From Candidatus Cloacimonadota bacterium (GTDB lineage Bacteria > Cloacimonadota > Cloacimonadia > G963667145): a DNA stretch of 64,000 nt. Location: positions 608,001 to 672,000 of the forward strand of contig OY781092.1 in NCBI GenBank assembly GCA_963676615.1, given 5' to 3'. The notes under the pieces are model-generated. The model ran no database searches and had not been told where the DNA came from. It worked only from the letters and a program-made list of their open reading frames with translations. Below are positions 36,015 through 46,472 of the stretch, one piece after another; positions within the stretch are counted from its first letter, which is position 1, and each line of letters opens with the position of its first letter. The translations under genes were made by a program, and so were the position numbers.

Positions 36015-38644
36015 AAAAAGTTGCCGACATTAAAGTTTCTGAACACACAGGAGTAGCAACCGATTCTCGCTTGGTCAAGCCTGGCTTTATCTTCGTTTGC
36101 GTAAAAGGATTTTTGCAAGACGGACACGATTTTGCGGCAAAAGCTGTGGAAAACGGTGCAACTTTGGTCGTAGCAAACAAAAAACTAGATGTAAAAGTTC
36201 CTCTAGTTTTGTGCGAAAACAGCAAAATGGCGGCTGTCTGCTTATCAGACAAGTTTTACAAAAATCCTTCTTCAAAGCTCAAGCTGATAGGCGTTACGGG
36301 GACGAACGGCAAGTCAAGTGTCTGCTTTTTGGCTCACAAAATTATGAGCAATCTTGGTTACAAAGTTGGAGCTATCGGAACGGGAAAGTATCTGATAGGC
36401 GATAAAGAGTATAAAAACCAGCGAACAACGCCCGACATTGTGGAGCTTCGAGAGATTTTGGCGAAGATGGTTGATGCCCAAATTGAGTATGTTTTTATGG
36501 AGGTTTCGTCGCATGCGATAGCTCTAAATCGCATTGATGGGCTCGATTTCGATGTTGCTTGCTTTACCAATTTGTCGCAAGATCACTTGGATTTTCACAA
36601 AAATATGCAAGATTATGCGAGCGTTAAGCTCGGTTTTGTAGAAAAAGTCGTCCGCGAAGATGGGGTTGCCTTGGTAAATGGCGACGATACTTTTGCAAAA
36701 TCGCTGACGCTGCCGAGTGTGAAAAGAGTGTCAAAAATCGATAAAAACGCCGACTATTTTTTTGAAGAAAAAGAGGTTTCGCTATTTGGTTGTAAATTTT
36801 TGCTAAATGGAGAAAAATGCCACTCTTCGCTTTTGGGCGAAGTAAATCTTTTTAACTCTGCTTTCATTTTGAGCTTGCTCGACACGCTTTTGGGTAAAAT
36901 TTTCACCAAAAATTTGCAAGAAATTTTGCCGTTAGCTGGCAGATATAACTTATTTAGTAACAATGTTTTAGTGGATTATGCGCACAGCCCAGAATCTTTG
37001 GAAAAAGTTTTGCAGTTTGCGCAAAACCAAAATAGGCGGCGAGTCATCACGCTTTTTGGTTGTGGCGGCGATAGAGACAAAAAAAAACGCAAAATTATGG
37101 GCAGATTGGCGGAAAAATATTCCGATTTGGTGATTTTGTGCGAAGATAACTCCCGTAGTGAGTCTGTAGAAAACATTCTTGCAGAGATTTCCGAAGATTT
37201 GTCGAAAAAGAAACTCGTTTTTATTCGCTCCAGAAAAAAGGCGATAGATTATGCGCTGTCGTTGTGCGGGGAAGAAGATCTGCTTTTGATTTTGGGTAGA
37301 GGCGCCGAAGCCACGCTGGATAGGGGTTTTCAGAAATTGCCGTTTTCTGATTTGGAATATCTAAAAAGTGAGCCGAAACCTGCCTTCTCACGAATTTTTG
37401 ACCCTTTTTGGATAGAAAATGTTTTGCAATCCAAATTTTTGCAAAAATTTCCTATCGACTTCGTTTTTGAGCAAATTTCGACCGATTCCAGAACGATACA
37501 GCCAAATTCGCTGTTCATCGCTTTGCCTGGCAAAAAGTTCGATTCAGCTCAATTTTTGGACGAAGTTTTGCAGGTGGAGGGTTGCTGTGCGATTGCAGGC
37601 AAAGATTGTCCCCAAAACAGCGAAAAAATTTTGAAAGTGGAGAGCACTCTGCAGGCTTATCAGCTTTTGGCGAAAGCGTATTTAAGTCAATTTGCCGTAA
37701 AAAAAATCGGCATAACAGGCAGCGTGGGCAAAACGACCACCAAAGAGATGCTCTACAATTTGCTCAGCCAAGACGGGCTGACTCTAAAAACGCAAGCAAA
37801 CGAAAATAATCAGGTTGGTGTGCCGAAAACGGTCTTTAATTTGCGTCCTGACCACAAATATTTGCTTGTCGAGATGGGGACAGACCGCTTTGGCGAAATC
37901 GAGACTTTGGCAAAAATTGTCGAGCCCGATATCGGCATTATTACTAATATCGGTGGCTGTCATTTGGACGCTTTTGGCGATAAACAGGGCGTTTTTCGGG
38001 AGAAAAGCAAGCTTTTTGAACACAGCAAAATGAAGCTGACTCTCGATCGAGATTTTTTCGCAAACAGTTTGTGCTATGAGTTTCAACGGAAAAATGAAGA
38101 ACTTTTGGTGAAAATTGAAGGAAGCACTTTTACTCTCGGAAATCAGCCAGAATTTCGAGCTCAATCGGCTGCTTTGGCGATAAAATCTGCGCTTTTGCTA
38201 AAAATCAACAATTCAGCCATCCAAGCAGGTTTGCTTTTGCCGCTAGAGATGAGTAACCGCCTGGAATGCAAGACGATAGGTGGTGTTGATTTTATTTTTG
38301 ACTGTTACAACGCCAATCCGCAATCGATGAAAGCGGCGATAAATTTTTGGCAAAATTACAAAAAAGAGCGAAACCACTATGCGATTTTGGGGCAAATGCT
38401 GGAGTTGGGAAAAATGGCGAAAAAGTATCATCAAGAGATTGGAAAATTGCTAACAGGGGGTGTGGTTTATGGAGTTGGAGCTTTGGCGAAAAATTATAAT
38501 CCCACTTATTTTTTTGCCGATATTGCGGCTCTGGAGCAAGATTTGCCAAAATTTAAAAAAGGCGATGTCGTTCTGATAAAAGGCTCAAACGGCGTGAGTT
38601 TGTCGAGCCTAAAAGAAATTTTTATAAAAAAAATGGAAGGGTAA
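36011..38644 (+). CDS. murE-murF: Fused MurE-MurF ligase
   Basis: N-half: GVTGTNGKSS, MEVSSH, TNLSQDHLDFH, DYAHSP, GCGGDRD, DNSR. C-half: STDSR, GITGSVGKTTTKE, NNQVGVP, VEMG, DCYNANP, KGS. One 877-aa frame. Confidence 0.93.
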   Translation: MKKVADIKVSEHTGVATDSRLVKPGFIFVCVKGFLQDGHDFAAKAVENGATLVVANKKLDVKVPLVLCENSKMAAVCLSDKFYKNPSSKLKLIGVTGTNGKSSVCFLAHKIMSNLGYKVGAIGTGKYLIGDKEYKNQRTTPDIVELREILAKMVDAQIEYVFMEVSSHAIALNRIDGLDFDVACFTNLSQDHLDFHKNMQDYASVKLGFVEKVVREDGVALVNGDDTFAKSLTLPSVKRVSKIDKNADYFFEEKEVSLFGCKFLLNGEKCHSSLLGEVNLFNSAFILSLLDTLLGKIFTKNLQEILPLAGRYNLFSNNVLVDYAHSPESLEKVLQFAQNQNRRRVITLFGCGGDRDKKKRKIMGRLAEKYSDLVILCEDNSRSESVENILAEISEDLSKKKLVFIRSRKKAIDYALSLCGEEDLLLILGRGAEATLDRGFQKLPFSDLEYLKSEPKPAFSRIFDPFWIENVLQSKFLQKFPIDFVFEQISTDSRTIQPNSLFIALPGKKFDSAQFLDEVLQVEGCCAIAGKDCPQNSEKILKVESTLQAYQLLAKAYLSQFAVKKIGITGSVGKTTTKEMLYNLLSQDGLTLKTQANENNQVGVPKTVFNLRPDHKYLLVEMGTDRFGEIETLAKIVEPDIGIITNIGGCHLDAFGDKQGVFREKSKLFEHSKMKLTLDRDFFANSLCYEFQRKNEELLVKIEGSTFTLGNQPEFRAQSAALAIKSALLLKINNSAIQAGLLLPLEMSNRLECKTIGGVDFIFDCYNANPQSMKAAINFWQNYKKERNHYAILGQMLELGKMAKKYHQEIGKLLTGGVVYGVGALAKNYNPTYFFADIAALEQDLPKFKKGDVVLIKGSNGVSLSSLKEIFIKKMEG

Positions 38645-39745
38645 ATGTTTTATTTTTTATACGAACTTTACGGCAAAGAAAGTATCTATTTCAATGTCTT
38701 TCGCTATGTGACCTTCAGGTCTGCGATGGCTTTTGTGACGGCGTTTTTGTTCTCTTTTTTGGTTGGACCTTGGGCGATAAGATTTTTCAAAAAGATAAAA
38801 ATTGTGGAAAGCATCAGCAGTCATTTCCCAGAGCATAACGCCAAAAAAGGCACGCCATCTATGGGCGGAGTGATTATTATCGCGGGGCTTCTTCTGTCGT
38901 CAATTCTTTGGAATAAATTTACCGACGCCCACATTTTAATCCTCTATTTTGTGACGATTTGGCTCGGACTTTTGGGTTTTTTGGACGATTACCTAAAAAA
39001 CATAAAAGGCTACGGCGATGGTTTGGTGGCGAAGCACAAACTTTTGGGGCAAGTGGCTTTGGCGGTAATCGTGCTGTGTTTGCTCTACATCATTCAGCCC
39101 GATTTGACGCTGCTGAGCAGGGTCTCGGTGCCTTTTCTCAAAAACAGTTACTGGGCAATCGGCTATCTATTTATCCCTTTTGTGGTTTTTCTGATTGTGG
39201 GCTCGTCCAACGCGGTGAACATCAGCGACGGACTCGACGGACTGGCTAGCGGGCTTATCTGCATCTGCCTTGTTCCGCTGGGAATTTTAGCCTATATGAA
39301 AGGCAACCTCTTTCTTTGCAGTCACTTCCACCTCGATTTTATAAAAGAAAGTTCCGAAATTTGTGTCTTCATTTTTGCGATGATCGGCACGACCCTTGGC
39401 TTTCTTTGGTATAACATCAAACCAGCCCAAATTTTTATGGGAGACACAGGCTCGCTCTGCCTTGGCGGCCTCATCGCCGTGATTTCTATCATCATCCGAG
39501 AGGAGCTTTTTTTGGGCATAATTTCGTTTATTTTCATCATCGAGACGCTCTCCTCGTTCTTGCAAACGACTTATTTTAAATACACGAAACGAAAGTTCGG
39601 CAACGGCAAACGGCTATTTTTGTGCGCGCCGCTACATCATCATTTCGAAAAAAAGGGGCTTTCGGAAGAAAAAATCGTGATAAGATTTTGGATAATCGCC
39701 TCAATTTTCGCAGCTTTAGCGCTGATAACCATTAAACTTCGCTGA
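38645..39745 (+). CDS. mraY: Phospho-N-acetylmuramoyl-pentapeptide transferase
   Basis: KKGTPSMGG, DDYLK, SNAVNISDGLDGL, FMGDTGS, APLHHHFE. Confidence 0.97.
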   Translation: MFYFLYELYGKESIYFNVFRYVTFRSAMAFVTAFLFSFLVGPWAIRFFKKIKIVESISSHFPEHNAKKGTPSMGGVIIIAGLLLSSILWNKFTDAHILILYFVTIWLGLLGFLDDYLKNIKGYGDGLVAKHKLLGQVALAVIVLCLLYIIQPDLTLLSRVSVPFLKNSYWAIGYLFIPFVVFLIVGSSNAVNISDGLDGLASGLICICLVPLGILAYMKGNLFLCSHFHLDFIKESSEICVFIFAMIGTTLGFLWYNIKPAQIFMGDTGSLCLGGLIAVISIIIREELFLGIISFIFIIETLSSFLQTTYFKYTKRKFGNGKRLFLCAPLHHHFEKKGLSEEKIVIRFWIIASIFAALALITIKLR

Positions 39746-39751
39746 TTTGCT

Positions 39752-41029
39752 ATGCTAGATTTTACCAAAAAATTTTGCGTGCTGGGCGCTGGCAAATCGG
39801 CTCTAGCGGCGGCTTTGCGACTAAAAAAAATGGGGGCAGAAGTTTTTGTGTCCGATTGCGGCAAAAAATCTTTGGCGGATTTGAAAAAACTTGGCGTCGA
39901 TTTTGAAGTCGGGGGGCACACCCAAAAGGTTTTGGAATGCGACTATCTCGTGGTTAGCCCAGGAATTCCGCTGAGTGTCAGCATCATCCAAAAAGCCAAA
40001 GAAAAAGGCTGTGAGATTTTATCGGAGATGGAGCTTGGTTATCGGCTCAAGCCCGCAGAAACAAAGGTAATTGCAGTGACAGGCACCAACGGCAAAAGCA
40101 CGGTGGTTTCGCTGATAAAGCACATTTTGGATGTCGCAGGAGTCAGCTCAGAGCTGGCTGGCAACATCGGCATCCCGATAACTAGCATCGATTTTTCGCA
40201 AAAAAAAGTGGACTATTTGGTTTTGGAACTCTCCAGTTTTCAGCTGGAACTTTTGGACAACTTTAAGGCGGATGTCGCTCTTTTTCTTAACTTTACCAAA
40301 GATCATCAAGACCGATATAGCGGAATGTTCGACTACTTTCAGGCGAAAAAAAATATTTTTAACAATCAAACAGAAAAAGATAAGTCGATAGTCAGCAAAG
40401 AGATTGCAGGTTTAGATTTGGAAAAAACGCCGCTTTTTGTCGAAGATTTTTTGCAAAATGGGGCTATCGAAGTTGACGGTTTTTCTTTTGTTAACGCCAA
40501 TCCAAAGCTGCTTGGCGAGCACAATTTTATCAACATAGCTTTTGCGGTTTTGGCAACGATTGGCGTTGTTCAGCCAACCAAAATTCAAGAAGCGATAAAC
40601 AGCTTTCAGCCGCCGAAACATCGTCTGGAAGTTTTTGCAAAAAAGAACGGCGTCACTTATGTCAACGACTCCAAAGCGACCACAATTCGCTCGACCGAGT
40701 GCGCTTTGGACGCATTTTCGCAAAAAGTTATCGTTATTTTGGGAGGCTCGGACAAAGGCGAAGATTTTGCGCAGCTGCTACCAAAATTGCAAGAAAAAGC
40801 AAAAAAAGTTTTTTTAATCGGGGAGACAGGCAAAAAAATGGCAACGATTTTTGGCGACAAAATCGATTGCGAGTATTTTCAAAATCTGGAAAATTGCGTG
40901 TCAAAAAGTAAGGCTGTTGCCCAACAAGGCGACATTGTGCTGCTGTCGCCAGCGTGCGCAAGCTACGATATGTTCGACAATTTTGAGCAGCGTGGCGAAA
41001 TTTTTAAATCTTTGGTGACGAAATCATGA
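39752..41029 (+). CDS. murD: UDP-N-acetylmuramoyl-L-alanine--D-glutamate ligase
   Basis: VSPGIP, TGTNGKST, ELSSFQL, NDSKAT, SPACASYDMF. Confidence 0.96.
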   Translation: MLDFTKKFCVLGAGKSALAAALRLKKMGAEVFVSDCGKKSLADLKKLGVDFEVGGHTQKVLECDYLVVSPGIPLSVSIIQKAKEKGCEILSEMELGYRLKPAETKVIAVTGTNGKSTVVSLIKHILDVAGVSSELAGNIGIPITSIDFSQKKVDYLVLELSSFQLELLDNFKADVALFLNFTKDHQDRYSGMFDYFQAKKNIFNNQTEKDKSIVSKEIAGLDLEKTPLFVEDFLQNGAIEVDGFSFVNANPKLLGEHNFINIAFAVLATIGVVQPTKIQEAINSFQPPKHRLEVFAKKNGVTYVNDSKATTIRSTECALDAFSQKVIVILGGSDKGEDFAQLLPKLQEKAKKVFLIGETGKKMATIFGDKIDCEYFQNLENCVSKSKAVAQQGDIVLLSPACASYDMFDNFEQRGEIFKSLVTKS

Positions 41030-41038
41030 TGAAAGGAG

Positions 41039-42148
41039 GTGATTATGATTAGTTTTTTCAAAAAATCGGATAAAATTTTGTTGAGTTCATACTTTTGCCT
41101 TTTGCTTTTGGGGCTGTATTTTGTGCTCGACATCGCGTCGTATGGGTATTTTCTCAAGTTTATTAAGCAGATAATTTGGGTCGTTTTTTCGTTTTTGGCG
41201 GTGCTGATTGCTTTTAATCTCAATCTGGAAAAGCTGAAGCGATTTATTTTTCCGATGGTTATTGTAGTGGGTATTTTGCTGATTTTGGTTTTGTTTTTTG
41301 GAGAAGAGATACGAGGCGCCAAAAGGCTTTTAGATTTTGGCTTTGTTAATTTTCAACCCAGTCTGCTAGCCAGAATTGTTTTGATATTTTATTTCGCCTA
41401 TATTTTAGAGAAAAAACAAGCGGCTAACATCTTCAATTTCCACGATTTTATCTCGCAATACAAGCAACTTATTTTCGTCTCGATTTTGTTTTTTTCGTTG
41501 ATTTTGGGCGGTCGTCACCTGAGCATTTTGATTATTTTGGGATTTTCGCTGCTTATGATGTTGGTGGCTGCGGGTTTGCGCAAAAAAATACTTTTCACGA
41601 TTTTGGTGATTTTGCTGGTTTTAATCGGCACAGTTATTGGCGTTGGAGCGAACTTTCGGATGAAAAGAATCGATGTTTATAAAAAATACAACCTGCTTAC
41701 CAGCAAAGATACATCGCTGACTTTAGCCGATGGGTCAGACTATTCCACCAAACAAAGCCTTATGGCGATGGCTTCTGGCGGATTTTTTGGCAGTGAGGGC
41801 AGAGCCAAAGACGAAAATTTGCCAGAGGCGGAAACTGACTACATTTTTTCCATAATCGGCGAAGAGTTCGGCTTTGTCGGCGCTTTTTTTGTCTTGCTTC
41901 TATACGCCTTCATTTATTTCCGCACGCTCAAACTGGTTAACGACGAAGATAATTTATACCGAAAACTTTTGGCAGTTGGGCTCGTTCACAACATTTTTTA
42001 CAACGCAATAGTCCATGTTGGCGTCACCACTTCGATGCTCCCGGCAACCGGCGTCACCCTGCCGTTTATTAGCTATGGCGGCACATCGATGTTGGTGAAC
42101 TCGTTCTCTATTGGCTTGCTTTTGAACCTGACCAAAAAAAAGGTGTAG
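41039..42148 (+). CDS. ftsW: SEDS peptidoglycan glycosyltransferase FtsW
   Basis: Multi-TM; GAKR, FQPS, LPEAETDYIFSIIGEEFG, GVTLPFISYGG. Confidence 0.94.
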   Translation: MIMISFFKKSDKILLSSYFCLLLLGLYFVLDIASYGYFLKFIKQIIWVVFSFLAVLIAFNLNLEKLKRFIFPMVIVVGILLILVLFFGEEIRGAKRLLDFGFVNFQPSLLARIVLIFYFAYILEKKQAANIFNFHDFISQYKQLIFVSILFFSLILGGRHLSILIILGFSLLMMLVAAGLRKKILFTILVILLVLIGTVIGVGANFRMKRIDVYKKYNLLTSKDTSLTLADGSDYSTKQSLMAMASGGFFGSEGRAKDENLPEAETDYIFSIIGEEFGFVGAFFVLLLYAFIYFRTLKLVNDEDNLYRKLLAVGLVHNIFYNAIVHVGVTTSMLPATGVTLPFISYGGTSMLVNSFSIGLLLNLTKKKV

Positions 42149-42157
42149 CAAAAAAAA

Positions 42158-43204
42158 ATGAAAGCGATAATCTCTGGTGGAGGAACTGCAGGTCACATCA
42201 TTCCTGCGCTCAGCGTTGGCAAGGCGTTGCAAGAAAAAGGCTGGCAGGTCGCTTTTATCGGTAACCGAAATTCGATGGAAGAGCGGCTCAATCGCGACTT
42301 CCCATTTGTGGCTATAAATGTGCAAAAAATCTACCGCAAACTCACTCTCAGGCATATTTTTTTTCCGTTTAAGCTCGGATTTAGTTTCTTAAAAAGTTTG
42401 TTTTTTTTTGTTAAATATAAGCCCGATGTTTTTTTTGGTAGCGGCGGATTTGTGTGCGGAGCGCCAGCTTTGGCGGCGTTTTTTTACCAAATAATTTTAC
42501 GAAAAAAAATAAGCGTCTATTTTCACGAGCAAAACTCTTTCCCTGGGCTTGTAACAAGGAATTTGGGGAATTTTGCATGCAAAGTTTTTTTGGGGAGCGA
42601 GCAAGCCGAAAAGTTTTTTGGCAAAAGCTATTTTGTGGGCAATCCGATTCAGGAGCAAAATGTGCAGACTGGAGAGAACATTTTGCTGGTTGGAGGCTCG
42701 CAAGGCTCACAATTTCTGAACGAAAATTTTCAGGAGATTTTGCCCGAAATTTTGAAAACTGGGCGAAATGTCGATTGGCAAGTGGGGGAGAAAAATCTTG
42801 CGAAATACGAAAGTTTGCAAAACGAAAATGTGAAAATTTTCGGATTTTCGCACAAAATGCCCGCTATCTATAATCGTGCAGGTTTGGTGATTTGCCGCTC
42901 GGGAGCGCTTACTCTTGCGGAGTTACAAGCAAGAGGGCTGCCCGCGGTGCTAGTGCCGCTAGGCATTTCAGCGGGGAATCATCAGTATCACAACGCCATT
43001 TCTTATGCAAAAAATGGAGCGGGAATTGTTCTCGAAGAAAAAAAATGCTCGCCAAAAAGTTTGCAAAATGCTATCTTGGCGATTGTAAAGAATTACGACG
43101 CTTTCAAAAAAGAGGCAAAAAAAAACAGCTGCAACTTGAATCCCAGCGAGTCGATTTGCAGGCAAATAATTGAGGATTATGAAAATGGAAAGAAAAATCA
43201 GTAA
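42158..43204 (+). CDS. murG: Lipid II GlcNAc transferase MurG
   Basis: GGGTAGHI, HEQN, GNP, GGSQG, RSGALT, HQYHNA. Confidence 0.96.
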   Translation: MKAIISGGGTAGHIIPALSVGKALQEKGWQVAFIGNRNSMEERLNRDFPFVAINVQKIYRKLTLRHIFFPFKLGFSFLKSLFFFVKYKPDVFFGSGGFVCGAPALAAFFYQIILRKKISVYFHEQNSFPGLVTRNLGNFACKVFLGSEQAEKFFGKSYFVGNPIQEQNVQTGENILLVGGSQGSQFLNENFQEILPEILKTGRNVDWQVGEKNLAKYESLQNENVKIFGFSHKMPAIYNRAGLVICRSGALTLAELQARGLPAVLVPLGISAGNHQYHNAISYAKNGAGIVLEEKKCSPKSLQNAILAIVKNYDAFKKEAKKNSCNLNPSESICRQIIEDYENGKKNQ

Positions 43205-44660
43205 ACTTGAGGCTTTTAACCTCAGCAAAAACACGCTCATTTTTATTTTGACCAAGGCGTATTACTCGATTACGGAGGACAATCGGCGGCTGATTGCCGA
43301 AAATTCTGTCAAGGACGGCTTGTATTTCGAAGATTTTTGTCAGGAGTATATCTCTCACGCCACAGCCAAGCAGTTGCAGGCGAAGATGGAAGAGATTGTC
43401 AAAGAAAATTTGCCGATTGAAAAAAAAGTTGTGAGCGCAGACGAAGCGAAGGAAATTTTTGCAGACCGCAACGATGTTTTGGAAAACCTTAACGCTTTAA
43501 ATTTTAAAGAGATAGAGGTTTATTCTTGTGGCGATTTTTGCGATTATGTGGTGGATGAGCTTTTGGAGTCCACGGGTTTGGTGGACGAGTTTGAGTTGCT
43601 GAGTTATAGCCCGGGGTTAATTTTGCATATGTCGTCTTGGCAAACAGGCAAAATCGAGGAAAATTTTAATTTTTCCAAACGGATATTTAACGCGCATCAG
43701 GCGTATAAACGCTGGCTCGTGCAGACGAAAATGTATAATTTGGCTTACCTGAACAAAGCCGTTGATGACGGTTTGATAAAAAATCAGGTGCTGCTCGACG
43801 AGACGAAAGCGGAGCAAAAAATAAGCGAAATTGCCGCAGAAATCAGCCGTGATGAGCTGACAAAGCTGGTTCTGATTGCGGGGCCTTCGTCTTCTGGAAA
43901 AACGACTTTCGCCTCAAAATTACGACTACATCTTTTTTCTGTGCATGGGCTAAAGCCTTTGCTGGTCAGCCTAGACAACTATTTTTTGCCACGAACGCTC
44001 ACGCCCAAAAAACCAAACGGCGAATACGATTTCGAATCTTTATACTCGATCGATTTGCAGTATCTCAATCAAGATTTGGGCAAAATTTTGAACGGCGAAG
44101 AAGTGGAACTGCCGCGCTACAACTTCAAAACTGGGGAGCGCGAAAAAAGTGGCAAAACGGTCAAAATGGGGCAGAAGCACATTTTGATAATCGAGGGAAT
44201 TCACGCTTTGAACGAAGCGCTGACCTACTCGATACCTTTTTTTCAGAAAAAAAGCATCTACATTAGCCCATTGTTTCAGTTGAATTTGGACAGGCACAAT
44301 CGGATTACGACCACCGAAATTCGGCAATTGCGCAGAATTGTGCGCGACAAGGCTTATCGAGGCTATTCTGCCGAGCAAACGCTGAGTCGCTGGGAGTCGA
44401 TTAGAGAAGGCGAGGACAAAAATATTTTCCCTTTTCAAGAAAGTGCCGATTTTGTTTTTAATTCTGCGCTAACCTATGAATTGGCGGCTCTTAAGCCTCA
44501 CGCTTGGAAATCTTTGCTGGAGGTTGAACAAGGCTCTAGCTCCTATCACAGAGCGCAAAAATTGCTGGCTATCTTGCGTCATGTAAAGGAGATAGACGAT
44601 AAATTTATCCCGTCAACTTCGATTTTGCGAGAGTTTATTGGCGAGAGTATTTTTCGCTAA
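43179..44660 (+). CDS. Uridine/nucleoside kinase with ThrRS-like N-terminal domain
   Basis: AGPSSSGKTT, DNYF, YDFESL, EGIHALN, RRIVRD..RG, GEDKNIFPFQE, SILREFIG. Confidence 0.88.
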   Translation: MKMERKISKLEAFNLSKNTLIFILTKAYYSITEDNRRLIAENSVKDGLYFEDFCQEYISHATAKQLQAKMEEIVKENLPIEKKVVSADEAKEIFADRNDVLENLNALNFKEIEVYSCGDFCDYVVDELLESTGLVDEFELLSYSPGLILHMSSWQTGKIEENFNFSKRIFNAHQAYKRWLVQTKMYNLAYLNKAVDDGLIKNQVLLDETKAEQKISEIAAEISRDELTKLVLIAGPSSSGKTTFASKLRLHLFSVHGLKPLLVSLDNYFLPRTLTPKKPNGEYDFESLYSIDLQYLNQDLGKILNGEEVELPRYNFKTGEREKSGKTVKMGQKHILIIEGIHALNEALTYSIPFFQKKSIYISPLFQLNLDRHNRITTTEIRQLRRIVRDKAYRGYSAEQTLSRWESIREGEDKNIFPFQESADFVFNSALTYELAALKPHAWKSLLEVEQGSSSYHRAQKLLAILRHVKEIDDKFIPSTSILREFIGESIFR

Positions 44661-44764
44661 AAATTGCCAGAAAATAAAAAAATCTTGCCAAGAGGTATTT
44701 ATAAAAAACTTTGGCGGAAGTTGGGATTTGACGAGGAAAAATTGTATTTAAACGGTTGAAAAAT

Positions 44765-45157
44765 ATGGGACAAAGAAGAAAAAGTAGAGAGATTGCGATG
44801 CAGGCTTTATACGCCGAGGGTTGTCAGCGGGAAAAAGTTATGGAGACTTTGGACAAAATTGCCGAGAACGACCATTTGCAGCAAGACAGCTCGATTTTTT
44901 CGTTTGCCAAAAGATTGTCGATGGGTGTCGTTGACAATCTCGATCAAATCGACAGAATAATCATCACGAAGTCTAAAAATTGGGAATTTTCGCGAATTTC
45001 GCCGATAGATAAGGCGTTGCTACGCCTTGGGATTTATGAGCTTTTGTTTACCGAGGTTCCTAGAGCCGTTGTAATCAACGAAGCCCTGGAAATAGCCAAA
45101 GTTTTTTCGTCGGAATCTTCGGGAAAGTTCATCAACGGAATTTTGAACCAGGTTTAG
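44765..45157 (+). CDS. nusB: Transcription antitermination factor NusB
   Basis: RRKSREIAMQALY, DKALLRLG.YEL, VVINEALEIAK.F, FINGILN. Confidence 0.96.
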   Translation: MGQRRKSREIAMQALYAEGCQREKVMETLDKIAENDHLQQDSSIFSFAKRLSMGVVDNLDQIDRIIITKSKNWEFSRISPIDKALLRLGIYELLFTEVPRAVVINEALEIAKVFSSESSGKFINGILNQV

Positions 45158-45187
45158 AAAATTATAAAAAATTAAGAGGTCTGAAAA

Positions 45188-46462
45188 ATGAGATATATGA
45201 TAAAAGCGATTACGAATTTTTTGTATCCCGTGGTCAAATTTTCTTATAGGCAAAAGCATTTGCACGCCATCAGGGTTGGCTTTGTAAACATTTTGCCGCT
45301 GGTTTTAATCGGGGCGATAGTTACCTTGGTGAACAATTTGCCGCTTCCTTTTTACCAAGAATTTATGAGTTCTATTTTTACACCAGAGTGGAAAACTTTT
45401 GGAGGTAATATTTGGAATGGAACATTTGCGATTTTGTCTTTTGTTGCTGCCTTTTCGATTTCCTCTAGTCTCGCCAAGAGCTATAAAATCGACTCTATGT
45501 TTGCCTCCATCACCGCTTTTTCTGCTTTGATAATTGTTTTCCCAGGTATGGAAGGTGGCTGGGGAATTCCCTTTGCTTGGAGCGGATTTAATGGGTTGTT
45601 TGTAGCAATAATTGTCGCTTTGGGCTCCACGGAAATATTTGTAAGAATTTATAAAATGAAAATAGTTGAAAAACTAAAATTTTTGCATTTTGATAACTCT
45701 CGGGTTTTGAAAGCGTTTGAAAGTTTTTTGCCTTGTTTTGCAGTTTTGATATTTTTCTCACTGCTTACGATTGTAATTAAAGCTTTAGATTTTAATAGTT
45801 TACACCAAATTATTTTTATTGGATTGCAAAAAATGGTTTTGGGGGTCGGTAGCACCTACATTGGCGGCTTGTTTGTTGTTATTCTTACCCATCTTTTGTG
45901 GTTTATCGGAATTCATGGTGGCAACTCGCTTGGTCCTATTTTGGAGTCAAAATTATCGCAATTTTTGTTCGACAACATAACAAGTGCGGGGCATAATATT
46001 TTGACAAAACCTTTTCTCGATGCGTTTATTTATATGGGTGGAGCTGGAATGATTTTGGCTTTGGTAATCGCTATCTTTTTCGTGCGCCGCAAAACATATA
46101 TCAAGAGTATTGGATATTTGGGATTGTTGCCTGCCTTATTTAACACCAGTGAAATAGTCACTTTTGGATTTCCAATTATTTTTAATTTTGTTATGCTCAT
46201 CCCATTTGTGTTGGTGCCGATTTTAGCCTATACAATCAGTTATTTTGTAACTGTAATTGGTGTTATGCCTGTTGTGACGCAGGGATTTATCTGGACAACT
46301 CCGCCTTTGATTAGTGGATATATCGCCACAGGATCTTTCGTTGGCGTTTTTGTGCAAATAGTGAATCTTGCCATTGGAGTGTTTGTCTATTATATTTTTG
46401 TGAGAGTGAAAGTCGAGATCGATATAAGAATGGAAACAGAAAAAAGTTTGAACAAACAGTAG
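45188..46462 (+). CDS. PTS lactose/cellobiose-family IIC component (stand-alone)
   Basis: [56 protein letters not shown]. Confidence 0.85.
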   Translation: MRYMIKAITNFLYPVVKFSYRQKHLHAIRVGFVNILPLVLIGAIVTLVNNLPLPFYQEFMSSIFTPEWKTFGGNIWNGTFAILSFVAAFSISSSLAKSYKIDSMFASITAFSALIIVFPGMEGGWGIPFAWSGFNGLFVAIIVALGSTEIFVRIYKMKIVEKLKFLHFDNSRVLKAFESFLPCFAVLIFFSLLTIVIKALDFNSLHQIIFIGLQKMVLGVGSTYIGGLFVVILTHLLWFIGIHGGNSLGPILESKLSQFLFDNITSAGHNILTKPFLDAFIYMGGAGMILALVIAIFFVRRKTYIKSIGYLGLLPALFNTSEIVTFGFPIIFNFVMLIPFVLVPILAYTISYFVTVIGVMPVVTQGFIWTTPPLISGYIATGSFVGVFVQIVNLAIGVFVYYIFVRVKVEIDIRMETEKSLNKQ

Positions 46463-46472
46463 AAGTAAGTTT

